A stretch of DNA of 64,000 nucleotides from Gemmatimonadales bacterium (GTDB lineage: Bacteria; Gemmatimonadota; Gemmatimonadetes; Gemmatimonadales; GWC2-71-9): contig JBFJHJ010000004.1 in assembly GCA_041613315.1 (NCBI GenBank), forward strand, positions 49,931 through 113,930, in the 5' to 3' direction. Under the pieces are notes generated by a model. That model had not been told where the DNA came from. It saw only the letters and a list, made by a program, of their open reading frames with translations, and did no database searches. Position 1 is the stretch's first letter. Every line of letters starts with the position of its first letter. This document shows positions 49,645 to 61,229 of this stretch, one piece after another. A program made the translations under genes and the position numbers.

Positions 49645-50768
49645 CGACATTCCACCGAACCAGCGCGACGCATCGGCAGGGAGCTCGCACGTTGCCGGGA
49701 ACGTGCTACACCTCGCCCGCGATCTACGCCGACGAGATGGAGCGGATCTTCGCGCGGCAATGGAACTGTGTGGGCCGCGCATCGGCCCTCCAGGGTCGTG
49801 GCGACTATTTCCTGGCCGACGTGGGGCGCGAGTCGCTGATCGTACTGCGAGACCAGCACGGTACGGTGCGCGCGCTGTTCAACGTGTGTCGCCACCGGGG
49901 CACGCGGCTCTGCCGCGAGCCGGCCGGACACTTCTCCGAGTCGATTCAGTGCCCGTACCATGCCTGGACCTATGCCACGGACGGCCGGCTGATCGGCGCG
50001 CCGCACATGCAGGAAGTGGAGGGGTTCGACAAGACGGACTATCCGCTTCACGCCGCGGCCGTCGCGGAGTGGGAGGGGTTCGTGTTCGTCAATGTCGCCG
50101 AGCGGCCGGCGCCGTTCGCCGAGGCATGGGCGCCGGCGATCGAGCGGCTCGGGCGCTTCCATCCGGGCCGACTCGTGGTCGGCCATCGCGTGACCTACGA
50201 CGTCCACGCCAACTGGAAGCTCGTCTTCCAGAATTATTCCGAGTGCTTGCACTGCCCCGTGATCCACCCGGAGCTGGCGGCGGTCCTGCCGTACCAGAGC
50301 GGCGCCAACGACCTGACGGACGGCCCGTTCCTGGGCGGGTACATGGAGATCAAAGAGCCGCACCAGAGCGCGACGATGACCGGCCGGGCCTGCGGGCTTC
50401 CGGTCGCCCCCGGCCTTCCAGAGGAGGAGCGGCGGCGCGCGTTTTACTACACGCTCTTGCCCAACCTGCTTCTGAGCATCCACCCCGACTACGTCAACTA
50501 CTACCTCATCACGCCGGTCGGACCCGAGCAAACCATCGTGCGCTCGGAGTGGCTGTTTCATCCCGACAGCATTCGCGACCCGGCGTTCAACCCGGACGAT
50601 GCGATCCGTTTCTGGGATATCACGAACCGCCAGGACTGGGACATCATCGAGCGGGCGCAGTCGGGCGTGGCCTCGCGCCGCTACACGCCGGGCCCCTACT
50701 CAGCCAGGGAGAGCATTCCCGCCGCGTGGGACCGGGAGTACCTGCGGCTCATGGGAAGCCACGCCTGA
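49641..50768 (+). CDS. Rieske non-heme iron oxygenase alpha subunit (choline monooxygenase/GbcA/Stc2-like)
   Basis: CRH...CPYH Rieske ligands; NWK...NYSECLHCPVIH and QD mononuclear Fe site; ATGA coupling. Confidence 0.88.
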   Translation: MTTFHRTSATHRQGARTLPGTCYTSPAIYADEMERIFARQWNCVGRASALQGRGDYFLADVGRESLIVLRDQHGTVRALFNVCRHRGTRLCREPAGHFSESIQCPYHAWTYATDGRLIGAPHMQEVEGFDKTDYPLHAAAVAEWEGFVFVNVAERPAPFAEAWAPAIERLGRFHPGRLVVGHRVTYDVHANWKLVFQNYSECLHCPVIHPELAAVLPYQSGANDLTDGPFLGGYMEIKEPHQSATMTGRACGLPVAPGLPEEERRRAFYYTLLPNLLLSIHPDYVNYYLITPVGPEQTIVRSEWLFHPDSIRDPAFNPDDAIRFWDITNRQDWDIIERAQSGVASRRYTPGPYSARESIPAAWDREYLRLMGSHA

Positions 50769-50802
50769 GCCGGACCTTCGCCGCAGGCACGCGCCGCGCG
50801 GC

Positions 50803-53334
50803 CTAACCCTGCCGCCTCGGCTCGAGGATCCCGTCGATCCGCGCCACGACATCGAGCCAATGCGCCCGTACCACACCCGCCGCCGCCACGGGCGCGGCCT
50901 GGCGCGCGTGCTCGCGGATCGCGCGCAACTCGGCGCGCGCGAGCGCGGGGAGGTCGCTCCGCGCCACGTTGGGCGTCGCCAGGAGCGGCGACGGCGGTCC
51001 GCCGCCACCGCCCCCACCGCCGGGTCCGCGTGACTCCGAGGGCGGCGCGAGGAGCGCCTCGAGTCGCTCGAGGTACGCCCGGTGGAGCACGCGCCGGTGC
51101 GCATCGGGCACGGCCGTCGTGTCGCCCGGAGCGGCGCCCCACACCGCCCGGCGCAGGTCGCCCAGGTAGGTCGCGATCGGGTACGCGCTCGCCGCGTCCA
51201 GCGCTGGCGCCTCGGCCATGCGGGCGAGCCGACGCACGTCAAGCAACTGCGCCACGACACCGGCCTGCCGGCTCGCCAGGGACGTCCCCCCGACCGGCGG
51301 GCCGATCCGCCGCAGGATGTCCGCCGGCACGAGCCACGCGGGTGTGCGGAAGACCTGCTCGCGCAGGAACGCGAGCGCCGCCTGCTGCCGCGCCCGCGGC
51401 ACGACGCGGTACACCGCGCCGTCCTGGTCCGCGGTCTTGGCGTCGACGTGCACCCCACCGATCACGGTCACGACGTGCCCCATGTACCGGGCCCACATGC
51501 CGAGCGCTTCGTCGTACAGCTCCTCGAGCTCCTCGTAGTCCTCGCCCGGCCGGGTCGTCCACGCCACGAGGTTGGGGATGACGCGGCGCAAGTTGGCCAC
51601 CGCGTACGTGGTGGCGCGCACGGGGTCGTCGCCCACGTCCTCGGTCTGGGCCCTGGGGTCGATGCTCGACAGGTACTGCGGCACATAGCGGTACGGCATC
51701 GGTCCCGTCTGCTCGGTGATCCAGCGGTCGAGGATCGGGCGCTCCTGCTCGGGGGTCGGGGCGTCGGGCAGCACCCGGTACCCCCAGTTGATCACCCAGT
51801 CATCGAACGGCCCCAATCGGCGGATGAAATCCTCCGGGGCGAGGCCGTCCCCCGGCTGCGCGACATAGTTCTGTCGCGCGTAGTCCATGATCGTGGCCGA
51901 TACCCCGTAGCGCCGCGCGAACGCCGGGTTCCGCAGCGAGTCCACCGGGAAGGAGTTGGACGCCACCATGTTGTGGGGCAGGCCGATCGCGTGTCCGACT
52001 TCATGGGTGATCACGCTCATGAGCGCCTGACCCAGGAGGGCGTCGGGAATCTGGAGCGTGCGGGCCGCGGGGTTCGCCGCCGCGGTCTCGATCAGCAGGC
52101 GGTTGCGGTACGAGCGAAGGTGGTTGTGAAACCACATGATGTCGCTCTCGATGATCTCCCCGGTCCGGGGGTCGTGCGTGCTTGGGCCGACGGCGTTGCG
52201 CACCAGGCTGGCGGCCCACCGCACCACCGAGTAGCGAATGTCCTCCGGGTCCCACTCGGGGTCGTCCGCGGGCGATGGCGGGTCCTTCGCGAGGATCGCG
52301 TTCTTGAACCCCGCGGCCTCGAACGCCTTCTGCCACACCTCGACGCCTTCGCGCACGTAGGGGCGCCACTTGGCCGGCGTCGCGGGATCCAGGTAGTAGA
52401 CGATCGGCTTCACGGGCTCGACCAGCTCGCCGCGCGCGTAGGCCTCGGGGTCCTCGGGCTCGAGCCGCCAGCGCCGGATGAACCGCTGCGTCGCCGCTTT
52501 CTGTTCGTCGAGCCCGTAGTTCACTTGGGCGAGGCTGAAGAACCCGACGCGCGCATCCGCATACCGTGGCCGCATCGGTCGCGCGGGGAGCAGCACGAGC
52601 GACTGCCGCATGTCGAGCGTGATCGTCCCGCTCCGCCCGTCGAAGGGCGGCTCGCCGGCCTCGAAGGTCTGACTGTGGTGCACTTCGACGTTGAGCGGGA
52701 ACGCACGCACGCCGGTGACGTGGCTGCGGGCGGCATCGAGCCGTCGCACCTGATACTGGCGGCGCTGGGCCGCGGAGAGTCCGGCGATCGCGGGCGTGTC
52801 GCCCGCAAAGAAGTCCGTCACCTCGAGCACGAAGCTCGCGCTATCGGCGCCGAACGCCTGGATGGGGAAGGCGCCCAGGATCGGCCCGACATTGTTGCTG
52901 GCGACCGAGCGGGCGATGGGCAGCGAATCGGCGGCCACGGCTTCATAGCTGATGCTCCGCACGAGAATCGTCTGCTGCCGACGCTCCCAGCGTACGACCC
53001 GCTCCTCGACCGACGCCCCGGCCGCGGTGAAGCCACCGAAGTTGGCGGGGACGCCCGCTATCCGGCTGACCAGCAGGAAGTCGCGCTCCAGGAGTGAGTC
53101 GGGCACTTCGAAAAACCACCGGTCATCCACGCGATGGACGGTGATCGCGCCGGCGTCGGTGACCGCACGGTCGGGAATCACCTCCTTGTACGGACGGGGC
53201 GCGGTCCGTCGCTGTTGTCCTTCGCGCGGCTGCTGGCCCTGGCCGGGCGGCGGAGCCTGCTGCGCCGGCGCCGGCTGGGAGGCGAGACAGGCGCACCCGA
53301 AGAGCCCGAGAAATCCGACGATGATGGGACGCAT
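50803..53334 (-). CDS. Exported zinc-dependent metalloprotease (DUF5117/DUF4953, EcxA-like)
   Basis: Signal peptide; HEVGHAIGLPHN, IMDYAR Met-turn, DPRTGEII. Confidence 0.9.
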   Translation of the reverse strand: MRPIIVGFLGLFGCACLASQPAPAQQAPPPGQGQQPREGQQRRTAPRPYKEVIPDRAVTDAGAITVHRVDDRWFFEVPDSLLERDFLLVSRIAGVPANFGGFTAAGASVEERVVRWERRQQTILVRSISYEAVAADSLPIARSVASNNVGPILGAFPIQAFGADSASFVLEVTDFFAGDTPAIAGLSAAQRRQYQVRRLDAARSHVTGVRAFPLNVEVHHSQTFEAGEPPFDGRSGTITLDMRQSLVLLPARPMRPRYADARVGFFSLAQVNYGLDEQKAATQRFIRRWRLEPEDPEAYARGELVEPVKPIVYYLDPATPAKWRPYVREGVEVWQKAFEAAGFKNAILAKDPPSPADDPEWDPEDIRYSVVRWAASLVRNAVGPSTHDPRTGEIIESDIMWFHNHLRSYRNRLLIETAAANPAARTLQIPDALLGQALMSVITHEVGHAIGLPHNMVASNSFPVDSLRNPAFARRYGVSATIMDYARQNYVAQPGDGLAPEDFIRRLGPFDDWVINWGYRVLPDAPTPEQERPILDRWITEQTGPMPYRYVPQYLSSIDPRAQTEDVGDDPVRATTYAVANLRRVIPNLVAWTTRPGEDYEELEELYDEALGMWARYMGHVVTVIGGVHVDAKTADQDGAVYRVVPRARQQAALAFLREQVFRTPAWLVPADILRRIGPPVGGTSLASRQAGVVAQLLDVRRLARMAEAPALDAASAYPIATYLGDLRRAVWGAAPGDTTAVPDAHRRVLHRAYLERLEALLAPPSESRGPGGGGGGGGPPSPLLATPNVARSDLPALARAELRAIREHARQAAPVAAAGVVRAHWLDVVARIDGILEPRRQG

Positions 53335-53599
53335 GTGACGATCCAGGAGAGCGGTTGATCCCGAATGTAGGTGCGGGGGACGCGGTGCGGCCACCCGGCA
53401 CGGAGGCGAGCAGTCCTTCCCGCTGCGCCCGTGCTCGCCGGCACCCGGCTGGCGATCGAGCGTGTGTCCTTCGCGATTCAGTTCGCCCCGACCGGATTGG
53501 CGATCGGGGTCGCTCGCGGCGGCGGTGCGGCGCGTACCGAGCCACTGCTCGACCGGACCGCCGCGTGCTCTCGGGGCTACGCGCGGCGGGGCGTCGCGC

Positions 53600-55165
53600 C
53601 TACGCCGCGCTTTGGCGGAACGTCCCCCACGCCTCCCGGAGCGTGTTCGAGATCTCCCCGACCGTCGCCCGCGCCCGCACCGCCTCGAGGATGGGCGGCA
53701 GGAGCGCCGCGTCGCTCCGCGCGGCGGCCAGGAGCGTGTCCAGCGCCGACCGCCACGGCCGGGCGGCCCGCGATGCGCGCGCCGACCGCGTGCGCTCGAT
53801 CTGCTGGCGGGCGAGCGCCGAGTAGTCGGGCGCGGGGACGTCCGGCGCCGGCTCGTCTTCCACGAACCGGTTCACACCCACCACCACGATCTCCCCACCT
53901 TCCACGCCCCGCTGATACTGATACGCCGCCCGCGCGATCGCATCTTGGATATGGCCGCGCTCGATCGCCCGGGCCGCACCGCCCCATGCCGCCACCTCGT
54001 CCAGCAGGCGGCGTGCCTGGGTCTCGATCTGCGCGGTCAAGGACTCCACGTAGTACGAGCCCCCGAGCGGATCCACCGTGGACGTCGTTCCTGATTCGTA
54101 CGCCAAGACCTGCTGCGTGCGCAGCGCCAGGCGTGCCGCCTCCGCCGTGGGGAGGGCCAGCGCCTCGTCGTAGCCGTTCGTGTGCAGCGACTGCGTGCCG
54201 CCGAGCACGGCGGCGAGCGCCTGGACGGTCACGCGCACGACGTTGGCGAGCGGCTGCTGGGCCGTGAGCGTGGAGCCGCCGGTCTGCGTGTGGAATCGCA
54301 AGCGGCAACTCTGCTCCGAGGCACCGTACCGCTCGCGCAGGAGGAGCGCCCACAGCCGTCGCGCCGCCCGAAACTTCGCCACTTCCTCGAACAGGTCGTT
54401 GTGCGCCGCGAAGAAGAACGACAGCCGGGGGGCGACGTCCTCAATGTCGAGTCCCGCCGCCAGGGCGCGGTCGAGGTACTCGAGGGCGTTGGCGAACGTG
54501 AACGCGACTTCCTGGATCGCCGTGGCACCGGCTTCCCGCATGTGGTAGCCGCTGACCGAGATCGGGTTGACGCTCATCCCCTCGTCGCGCACGAAGCGGA
54601 ACGTATCGGTGACGAGGCGGAGCGACGGCTCGACGGGGTAGATATAGGTGCCCCGAGCGGCGTACTCCTTGAGGACGTCGTTCTGGATCGTGCCGCGAAG
54701 CGCCGAGCGCGGAATGCCGCGCTCCTCCGCCACGACGACGTACATGGCGAGGAGGATCGCCGCCGTGGCGTTGATGGTCATCGACGTCGACACCTCGGCG
54801 AGCGGGATGCCCTCGAACACGTGCCCGAGGTCGTCGACCGTGTCGATGGCGACGCCGGCCCGGCCGACTTCGCCCTCGGCGAGCGGGGCATCGGAATCGT
54901 AGCCCATCTGCGTCGGGAGATCGAACGCGACCGAGAGGCCGGTCTGTCCCGCGGCCAGCAGCTCGCGGAAGCGGCCGTTGGTCTCCTCGGCGGTCCCGAA
55001 GCCCGCGTACTGCCGCATGGTCCAGAGGCGCCCGCGATACATCGTGGGGTGGATGCCGCGGGTGAAGGGATGTTCGCCGGGCGTCTCGTCCCGCACCGAC
55101 ACGTCTCCCGGCCGACAGAGCGCTGCCACGGGCAGCCCCGACGGCGACCGCCGCGTCTCGGTCAC
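53600..55165 (-). CDS. Methylmalonyl-CoA mutase, substrate-binding (large) subunit without B12 domain
   Basis: [51 protein letters not shown]; no DxHxxG. Confidence 0.92.
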   Translation of the reverse strand: MTETRRSPSGLPVAALCRPGDVSVRDETPGEHPFTRGIHPTMYRGRLWTMRQYAGFGTAEETNGRFRELLAAGQTGLSVAFDLPTQMGYDSDAPLAEGEVGRAGVAIDTVDDLGHVFEGIPLAEVSTSMTINATAAILLAMYVVVAEERGIPRSALRGTIQNDVLKEYAARGTYIYPVEPSLRLVTDTFRFVRDEGMSVNPISVSGYHMREAGATAIQEVAFTFANALEYLDRALAAGLDIEDVAPRLSFFFAAHNDLFEEVAKFRAARRLWALLLRERYGASEQSCRLRFHTQTGGSTLTAQQPLANVVRVTVQALAAVLGGTQSLHTNGYDEALALPTAEAARLALRTQQVLAYESGTTSTVDPLGGSYYVESLTAQIETQARRLLDEVAAWGGAARAIERGHIQDAIARAAYQYQRGVEGGEIVVVGVNRFVEDEPAPDVPAPDYSALARQQIERTRSARASRAARPWRSALDTLLAAARSDAALLPPILEAVRARATVGEISNTLREAWGTFRQSAA

Positions 55166-56178
55166 GCCACCCCCGCTTCCGCCTCCGCCACGATCCGCTG
55201 CACGAACGCCACGTCATCGACGCAGCCGATCACGAGCGGGGTGCGCTGGTGCAGTTCCGTCGGCGTGATGTCCAGAATCGGCCGGCTGCCGTCGGTCGCC
55301 GCCCCCCCCGCCTGCTCGACGATGTACGCGAGCGGCGCCGCCTCGTACAAGAGACGCAGCTTGCCGCGCGGGGCCTTGGAGTCCGCCGGGTACATGAAGA
55401 TGCCGCCCGCCAGGAGGTTCCGGTGAAAGTCGGCCACCAGCGAGCCGATGTAGCGGGCGTTCTTGCGCCTGTCACCGCCGTCCACGCCCTTGAACGCCTG
55501 GACGACGCGCCGGTACCCATCGGTCCAGCGATCATAGTAGCTCTCGTTGATGCTGTAGAACTTGCCGACGGCCGGCGTCTTGATGTCGGCATGACACAGG
55601 CGAAACTCGCCGATCGTGGGGTCGAGCGTGAAGACGTGCACCCCGTGCCCCGTGCTGTAGACGAGCACCGTGCTGGAACCGTAGATGACGTACCCTGCGG
55701 CGACCTGCTGCCGGCCCGGCTGGAGGCAGTCCTCCAGCGTCCCCGGCCCACTCGCCGTCACGCGACGGTGAATCGAGAAGATCGTGCCGATGGAGACGTT
55801 CACATCGATGTTGCTCGATCCGTCCAGCGGATCGTACAGCACGACGTATTTCCCCGGGCCGTGGTCGACCGTGATGGGCACGGGTTCCTCGTCCTCTTCC
55901 GACGCCATGATGCACACGCGGCGCGTGTACGCGATCGCCTGCTTCATCGTCTCGTTGGCGATGACGTCCAGCTTTTGCTGCTCCTCACCCTGCACGTTGG
56001 TGCCGCCGGCCGCGCCCAGGATATCCACCAAGCCCGCCCGCCGGACGTAGCCTGAGATCACTTTGGCGGCGAGGGCGACGTCGTAGAGCAGACTGGTAAG
56101 GTCACCCGTCGCGCCGGGGTGCAGGCGCTCCTGCTCGAGGATGAAACGCTCGATGGTGACCAGCGAAGAAGTCGGCAC
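55162..56178 (-). CDS. fbp: Class 1 fructose-1,6-bisphosphatase (alternative start 56196)
   Basis: [36 protein letters not shown]. Confidence 0.95.
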   Translation of the reverse strand: MPTSSLVTIERFILEQERLHPGATGDLTSLLYDVALAAKVISGYVRRAGLVDILGAAGGTNVQGEEQQKLDVIANETMKQAIAYTRRVCIMASEEDEEPVPITVDHGPGKYVVLYDPLDGSSNIDVNVSIGTIFSIHRRVTASGPGTLEDCLQPGRQQVAAGYVIYGSSTVLVYSTGHGVHVFTLDPTIGEFRLCHADIKTPAVGKFYSINESYYDRWTDGYRRVVQAFKGVDGGDRRKNARYIGSLVADFHRNLLAGGIFMYPADSKAPRGKLRLLYEAAPLAYIVEQAGGAATDGSRPILDITPTELHQRTPLVIGCVDDVAFVQRIVAEAEAGVA

Positions 56179-58358
56179 CGCAGTTCCCCCCACCACGGAG
56201 TTGGTCGGCTCTCGATGACCTCAAGATAGCGCCCGTCCGTCCGCGCCGTCACCGTCCCGCCGCGATCGGTGCGGAACACCGGGATGCCGCGCGCCGCGAG
56301 CCGGTCCAGCACCGCCGGCGAGGGATGGCCGTACCGATTGCGTCCCACGCTGATCACCGCGGCCCGCGGGCGCAGGGTGTCGAGCCAGGCCGCGCCCGTC
56401 GCACCGGCCGACCCGTGGTGCCCCACCTTCAGGAGATCCGCCGCCCCCACCAAGGGCGCGAGCAGCGACTCCGCCGGAAGCCCGGCGTCGCCGGCCAGCA
56501 CGGCGCTGAAACAGCCGTAGCTGACGCGCAGGACCACGGAGTTCTCGTTGGCCTCGAACCGGCGGTCGAGCCAGCCTCCCGACGGATGCAGCACGGCCAC
56601 GCTCACCGAGTCGAGCACGAGTACGTCGCCCGCCCGAGCCGCCCGCCAGTCCACGCCCGCCGCATCCACGGCGGCGACGTGTTCCAGGTAGAGCGGGCTT
56701 CCGCGCGGCTGGCCCGGCTCGAGCACGAGACGCGGCGTCAGTGCGCGCACGACGGCCGGGACGCCCCCCAAGTGGTCCTGGTCCGCATGCGTGACGACAA
56801 GGACGTCGAGCGTGCGAACTCCATGGCGCCGGAGGTAGGGCACCACGCGCCGATGGCCCGCGTCGCCGCCCGGGCCTCGCGGCCCGGCATCCACGAGCAG
56901 CCAGCGGCCTCGGGGCGTGCGGAGCGCGATGGCGTCCCCCTGCCCCACGTCCAGCACGTGGAGCGTGAGCCCGGCGGCTCCGCGTTCGGTGAGCGCTCCG
57001 GCACCTACGGCGACCGCGACGACCGCCGCCGCGCCCGCCAGGACCGCCGCCGGCCGGCGGAGCGAGCCGCGGCGTACGACCCACAGCACGCCCCCGAGGA
57101 GCCCGACCCACGGCGCCGCAAACGCCGGACCCGGCACGCCCGTCACGTGGCCCCACGGCAGACGGGCACCGAGTGCGGCGATCCGTTCGATAACCGCGAG
57201 CACCATCCCCGCCCCCGCGGCCACGGGGCCACCCACGGCGAGACTCAGCATGACGGCGGGTACGGCGAGACCCGCCAGCGGCACCGCGGCGAGGTTGGAG
57301 AGCAACCCGGCCGGCGCAACCGAGCCGAACACGGCCGCCGTGATCGGCGCCGTTGCCAAGACGGCGCCTGCGGAAACGGCGGCGAGACGCAGCAGCGGCA
57401 TCCGGCGGAGCCGCACCGGCAAGGCTCCCGACGCCGCCTGGGTTCCCCAGACCGCGGCAAGGGACAGCCACGCCCCGACCGAGCGGACCGCGGCGGGATC
57501 GAGGGTGACCACCATCAGCGCGGCGACGGCGAGCACCGCGCCCGGCACGGGGTGGCGCTGTCGGAGGCCCGCCAGCGCATGAACCGTGATGAACCCCGCC
57601 GCCCGCGTTGCCGGTGCCGGGAACCCCAGCAGCCCTACGTATCCCCACGCCGCCGCGGCGGCCCAGACCCACCGTGTGCGGTGGACCCCCGCGCCGGCCA
57701 GCGCCAAAGCTAGCCAGCCCGCGATGATCCCGACGTGAAGTCCCGAGATGGCGAGGAGGTGGGCGAGACCGGCCGCGACGAAGTCGTTCCGGAGCCCCGG
57801 CTCGATGTCGTCCCGGCGGCCCAACACCAGCGCCTCGACCAGCGCGGCCCGACGCCCGTAGAGCGACTCGATGCGTCCGGCCACGGCGCCGCGGAGCGCG
57901 AACCGCACGGCCCGCGGGGTCCGCAGCACCCGCACGTGGCGCACGCGGAGGACGCCGCCCGTGCGGTAGTCTCCCACCACCACTGCGGAGACACCGGGTG
58001 CCACCTCCCCTGGCGCCATGCGCAGGCGCAGCACGCCGCCGCAGCGCTCGGGCGCGTGCCGGACGCGGGCCGTCGTGGTCCCACGCGGGCCGGGTGCATC
58101 GTGCACGGCTACCACCGCCGCCCGGCGACCACCGTTCCAGACCGCGCTACAGTCCCCAGCTGCGCGCCGCGCCGCGTGGCCTCCGGCGGCCAGCCCCACG
58201 ACCCACGTTGCGCACAGCACGCCCCACCACCCCGCGCGCCACGCGAGCAGCCCCGCGGAGAGCCCGAGCGTCGCCAGCGCGGCCGGCGGCACCACAACGA
58301 CGAGGCCGGCCCAGAGGCCGGCCCCATAGCTTGCCGCCAACTGGCCGACCGGCGGCAC
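56058..58358 (-). CDS. comEC: ComEC/Rec2 competence DNA-uptake channel with metallo-beta-lactamase domain
   Basis: [42 protein letters not shown]. Confidence 0.9.
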   Translation of the reverse strand: MPPVGQLAASYGAGLWAGLVVVVPPAALATLGLSAGLLAWRAGWWGVLCATWVVGLAAGGHAARRAAGDCSAVWNGGRRAAVVAVHDAPGPRGTTTARVRHAPERCGGVLRLRMAPGEVAPGVSAVVVGDYRTGGVLRVRHVRVLRTPRAVRFALRGAVAGRIESLYGRRAALVEALVLGRRDDIEPGLRNDFVAAGLAHLLAISGLHVGIIAGWLALALAGAGVHRTRWVWAAAAAWGYVGLLGFPAPATRAAGFITVHALAGLRQRHPVPGAVLAVAALMVVTLDPAAVRSVGAWLSLAAVWGTQAASGALPVRLRRMPLLRLAAVSAGAVLATAPITAAVFGSVAPAGLLSNLAAVPLAGLAVPAVMLSLAVGGPVAAGAGMVLAVIERIAALGARLPWGHVTGVPGPAFAAPWVGLLGGVLWVVRRGSLRRPAAVLAGAAAVVAVAVGAGALTERGAAGLTLHVLDVGQGDAIALRTPRGRWLLVDAGPRGPGGDAGHRRVVPYLRRHGVRTLDVLVVTHADQDHLGGVPAVVRALTPRLVLEPGQPRGSPLYLEHVAAVDAAGVDWRAARAGDVLVLDSVSVAVLHPSGGWLDRRFEANENSVVLRVSYGCFSAVLAGDAGLPAESLLAPLVGAADLLKVGHHGSAGATGAAWLDTLRPRAAVISVGRNRYGHPSPAVLDRLAARGIPVFRTDRGGTVTARTDGRYLEVIESRPTPWWGELRCRLLRWSPSSVSSSSRSACTPARRVTLPVCSTTSPSPPK

Positions 58359-58384
58359 CGCCGGTCAGCCTCCTGCCGTGTTCG

Positions 58385-58650
58385 CTAGCCGGGGTGGTCC
58401 GGCCGCGGCTCCATGCGCACCCGCCGGAAGCCCTCCAGCAGAATCACCTGGATATGGGTGCGCTCCTGGTAGCCCTCCATTTCGACGGTGGTCAGGATCT
58501 CGCCCTTGGGCTGCGACACGTAGTGCGGCGGCAGCCGGTTCAGCGCGTACACCATGACGTCGTCGCGACAGAGGTCGCACCCACAGAAGTCGTCGACGCT
58601 CGGAACGAGGCGCTCGTACTCCCGTCGCAAGATCTCCTCGACCACGTTCT

Positions 58651-58654
<4 letters not shown>
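58385..58654 (-). CDS. ComFB-family protein
   Basis: KNVVEE...CGCDLCRDDVMVYALNRLPPHY; GTG start overlaps miaB stop. Confidence 0.82.
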
Positions 58655-59969
<1,315 letters not shown>

Positions 59970-59973
<4 letters not shown>

Positions 59974-61229
59974 GCGGCGCGCTCGTCGGGTTCCGCGTGC
60001 AGCCGGCCGTCGTCGTCCAACCGCAGCACCGTCGTGAGGCGGCCCGGCACGGGGGGATCTCCGGGAAGATAGGCGGACAGGTAGTCCTCCGTCAGTCCCT
60101 CGACGCGGCCGCCGCTTCGGCGCACACGCACCACGTCGGCGCGCCCGCCGTCGCGGCGTGCCCGAGTACGCGCGGCTTTCGACCCCGCGAGCGCGCGAAG
60201 CTCCGCAGAGCGCCGGGCGGCGACCCCGGGATCGACCGGCGGTCCCAGGCGGCGCGCGGACGCCCCGGGGCGCTGGGAGTACGGGAAGACGTGCAGGTAC
60301 GTGTACGGCAGCGCGTCCACCATGCCTCGCGTCCGGTCGTGGTCGTCCTCCGTCTCGCCGGGAAAGCCTACGATGATGTCGGCGCCCAGACCGAAGACGG
60401 GGAGGTGACTCGCGAGCCACTCGAGGCGCTCGCGATAGGCCGCGGCCGTGTACCAATGTCGACCCATGCGCTTGAGCACGCGGTCGCTCGCCGACTGGAG
60501 CGGGGCGTGCACGTGCGGCGCCAGCCGATCGGGCGACGATATCATGAGATCCGCGAGCCGCGCATCCACTTCCGTCGCTTCCACGGAGGAGAGGCGGAAG
60601 CGGACCCGCGGGACCGCCGCCACCAGCCGCTCGACGAGGCGTCCCAACGACGCGCGGCCCTCAAGGTCGCGCCCGTAGGTGCCGATGTGCACGCCGGTCA
60701 ACACGATCTCCGCGTGGCCCGCCGCCAGCGCCTCCGCCTCCCGCACGACCGCCTCGGCGGGCCGTGACCGATTGACGCCGCGGGCGAGTGTCGTCGCGCA
60801 GAAGGTGCAGTGCTCGTCGCAGCCATCCTGGATCTTGAGCCACGCCCGTCCCCCGCGCTCGAACGTGCGCAGGACGGAGTCGGTCCCGGTGGCCGGCAGC
60901 CCGAGTGCGCCGAGCACGCGGGCGGGATCGGTGCCGCCGACCACGTCCACGACGCCCGGGAGGGCGGCAATCGTCCCGTCGTCGAGCGCCGCCGCGCAGC
61001 CCGTCACCACCGTGCGCATCCCGCCGTTGGCCCGCGCGAGCCGCCGCACGAGCCCCCGCATCTTGGCCTCGCTCACATGGGTGACGGTGCAGGAGTTCAC
61101 GACCGCCGCGTCGGCCACGGCGGGGTCGTCCACCACCGCCGCACCTGCCGCTTCCAGCGCCTGCCGCACCACTTCGGTGTCGTACTGGTTGGTCTTGCAG
61201 CCGAACGTGTGCAGGTAGACGCGGGTCAC
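59970..61229 (-). CDS. mtaB: tRNA-t6A37 methylthiotransferase MtaB-like
   Basis: TFGCKTNQYD, NSCTVT, KIQDGCDEHCTFC, LTGVHIG, HVFPYSQRPG. Confidence 0.85.

Noticed and set aside
53335..53599. 265-nt intergenic region as riboswitch or small gene
   Set aside because: No recognisable aptamer motif or credible ORF; only a candidate TACATT -10 for the protease gene
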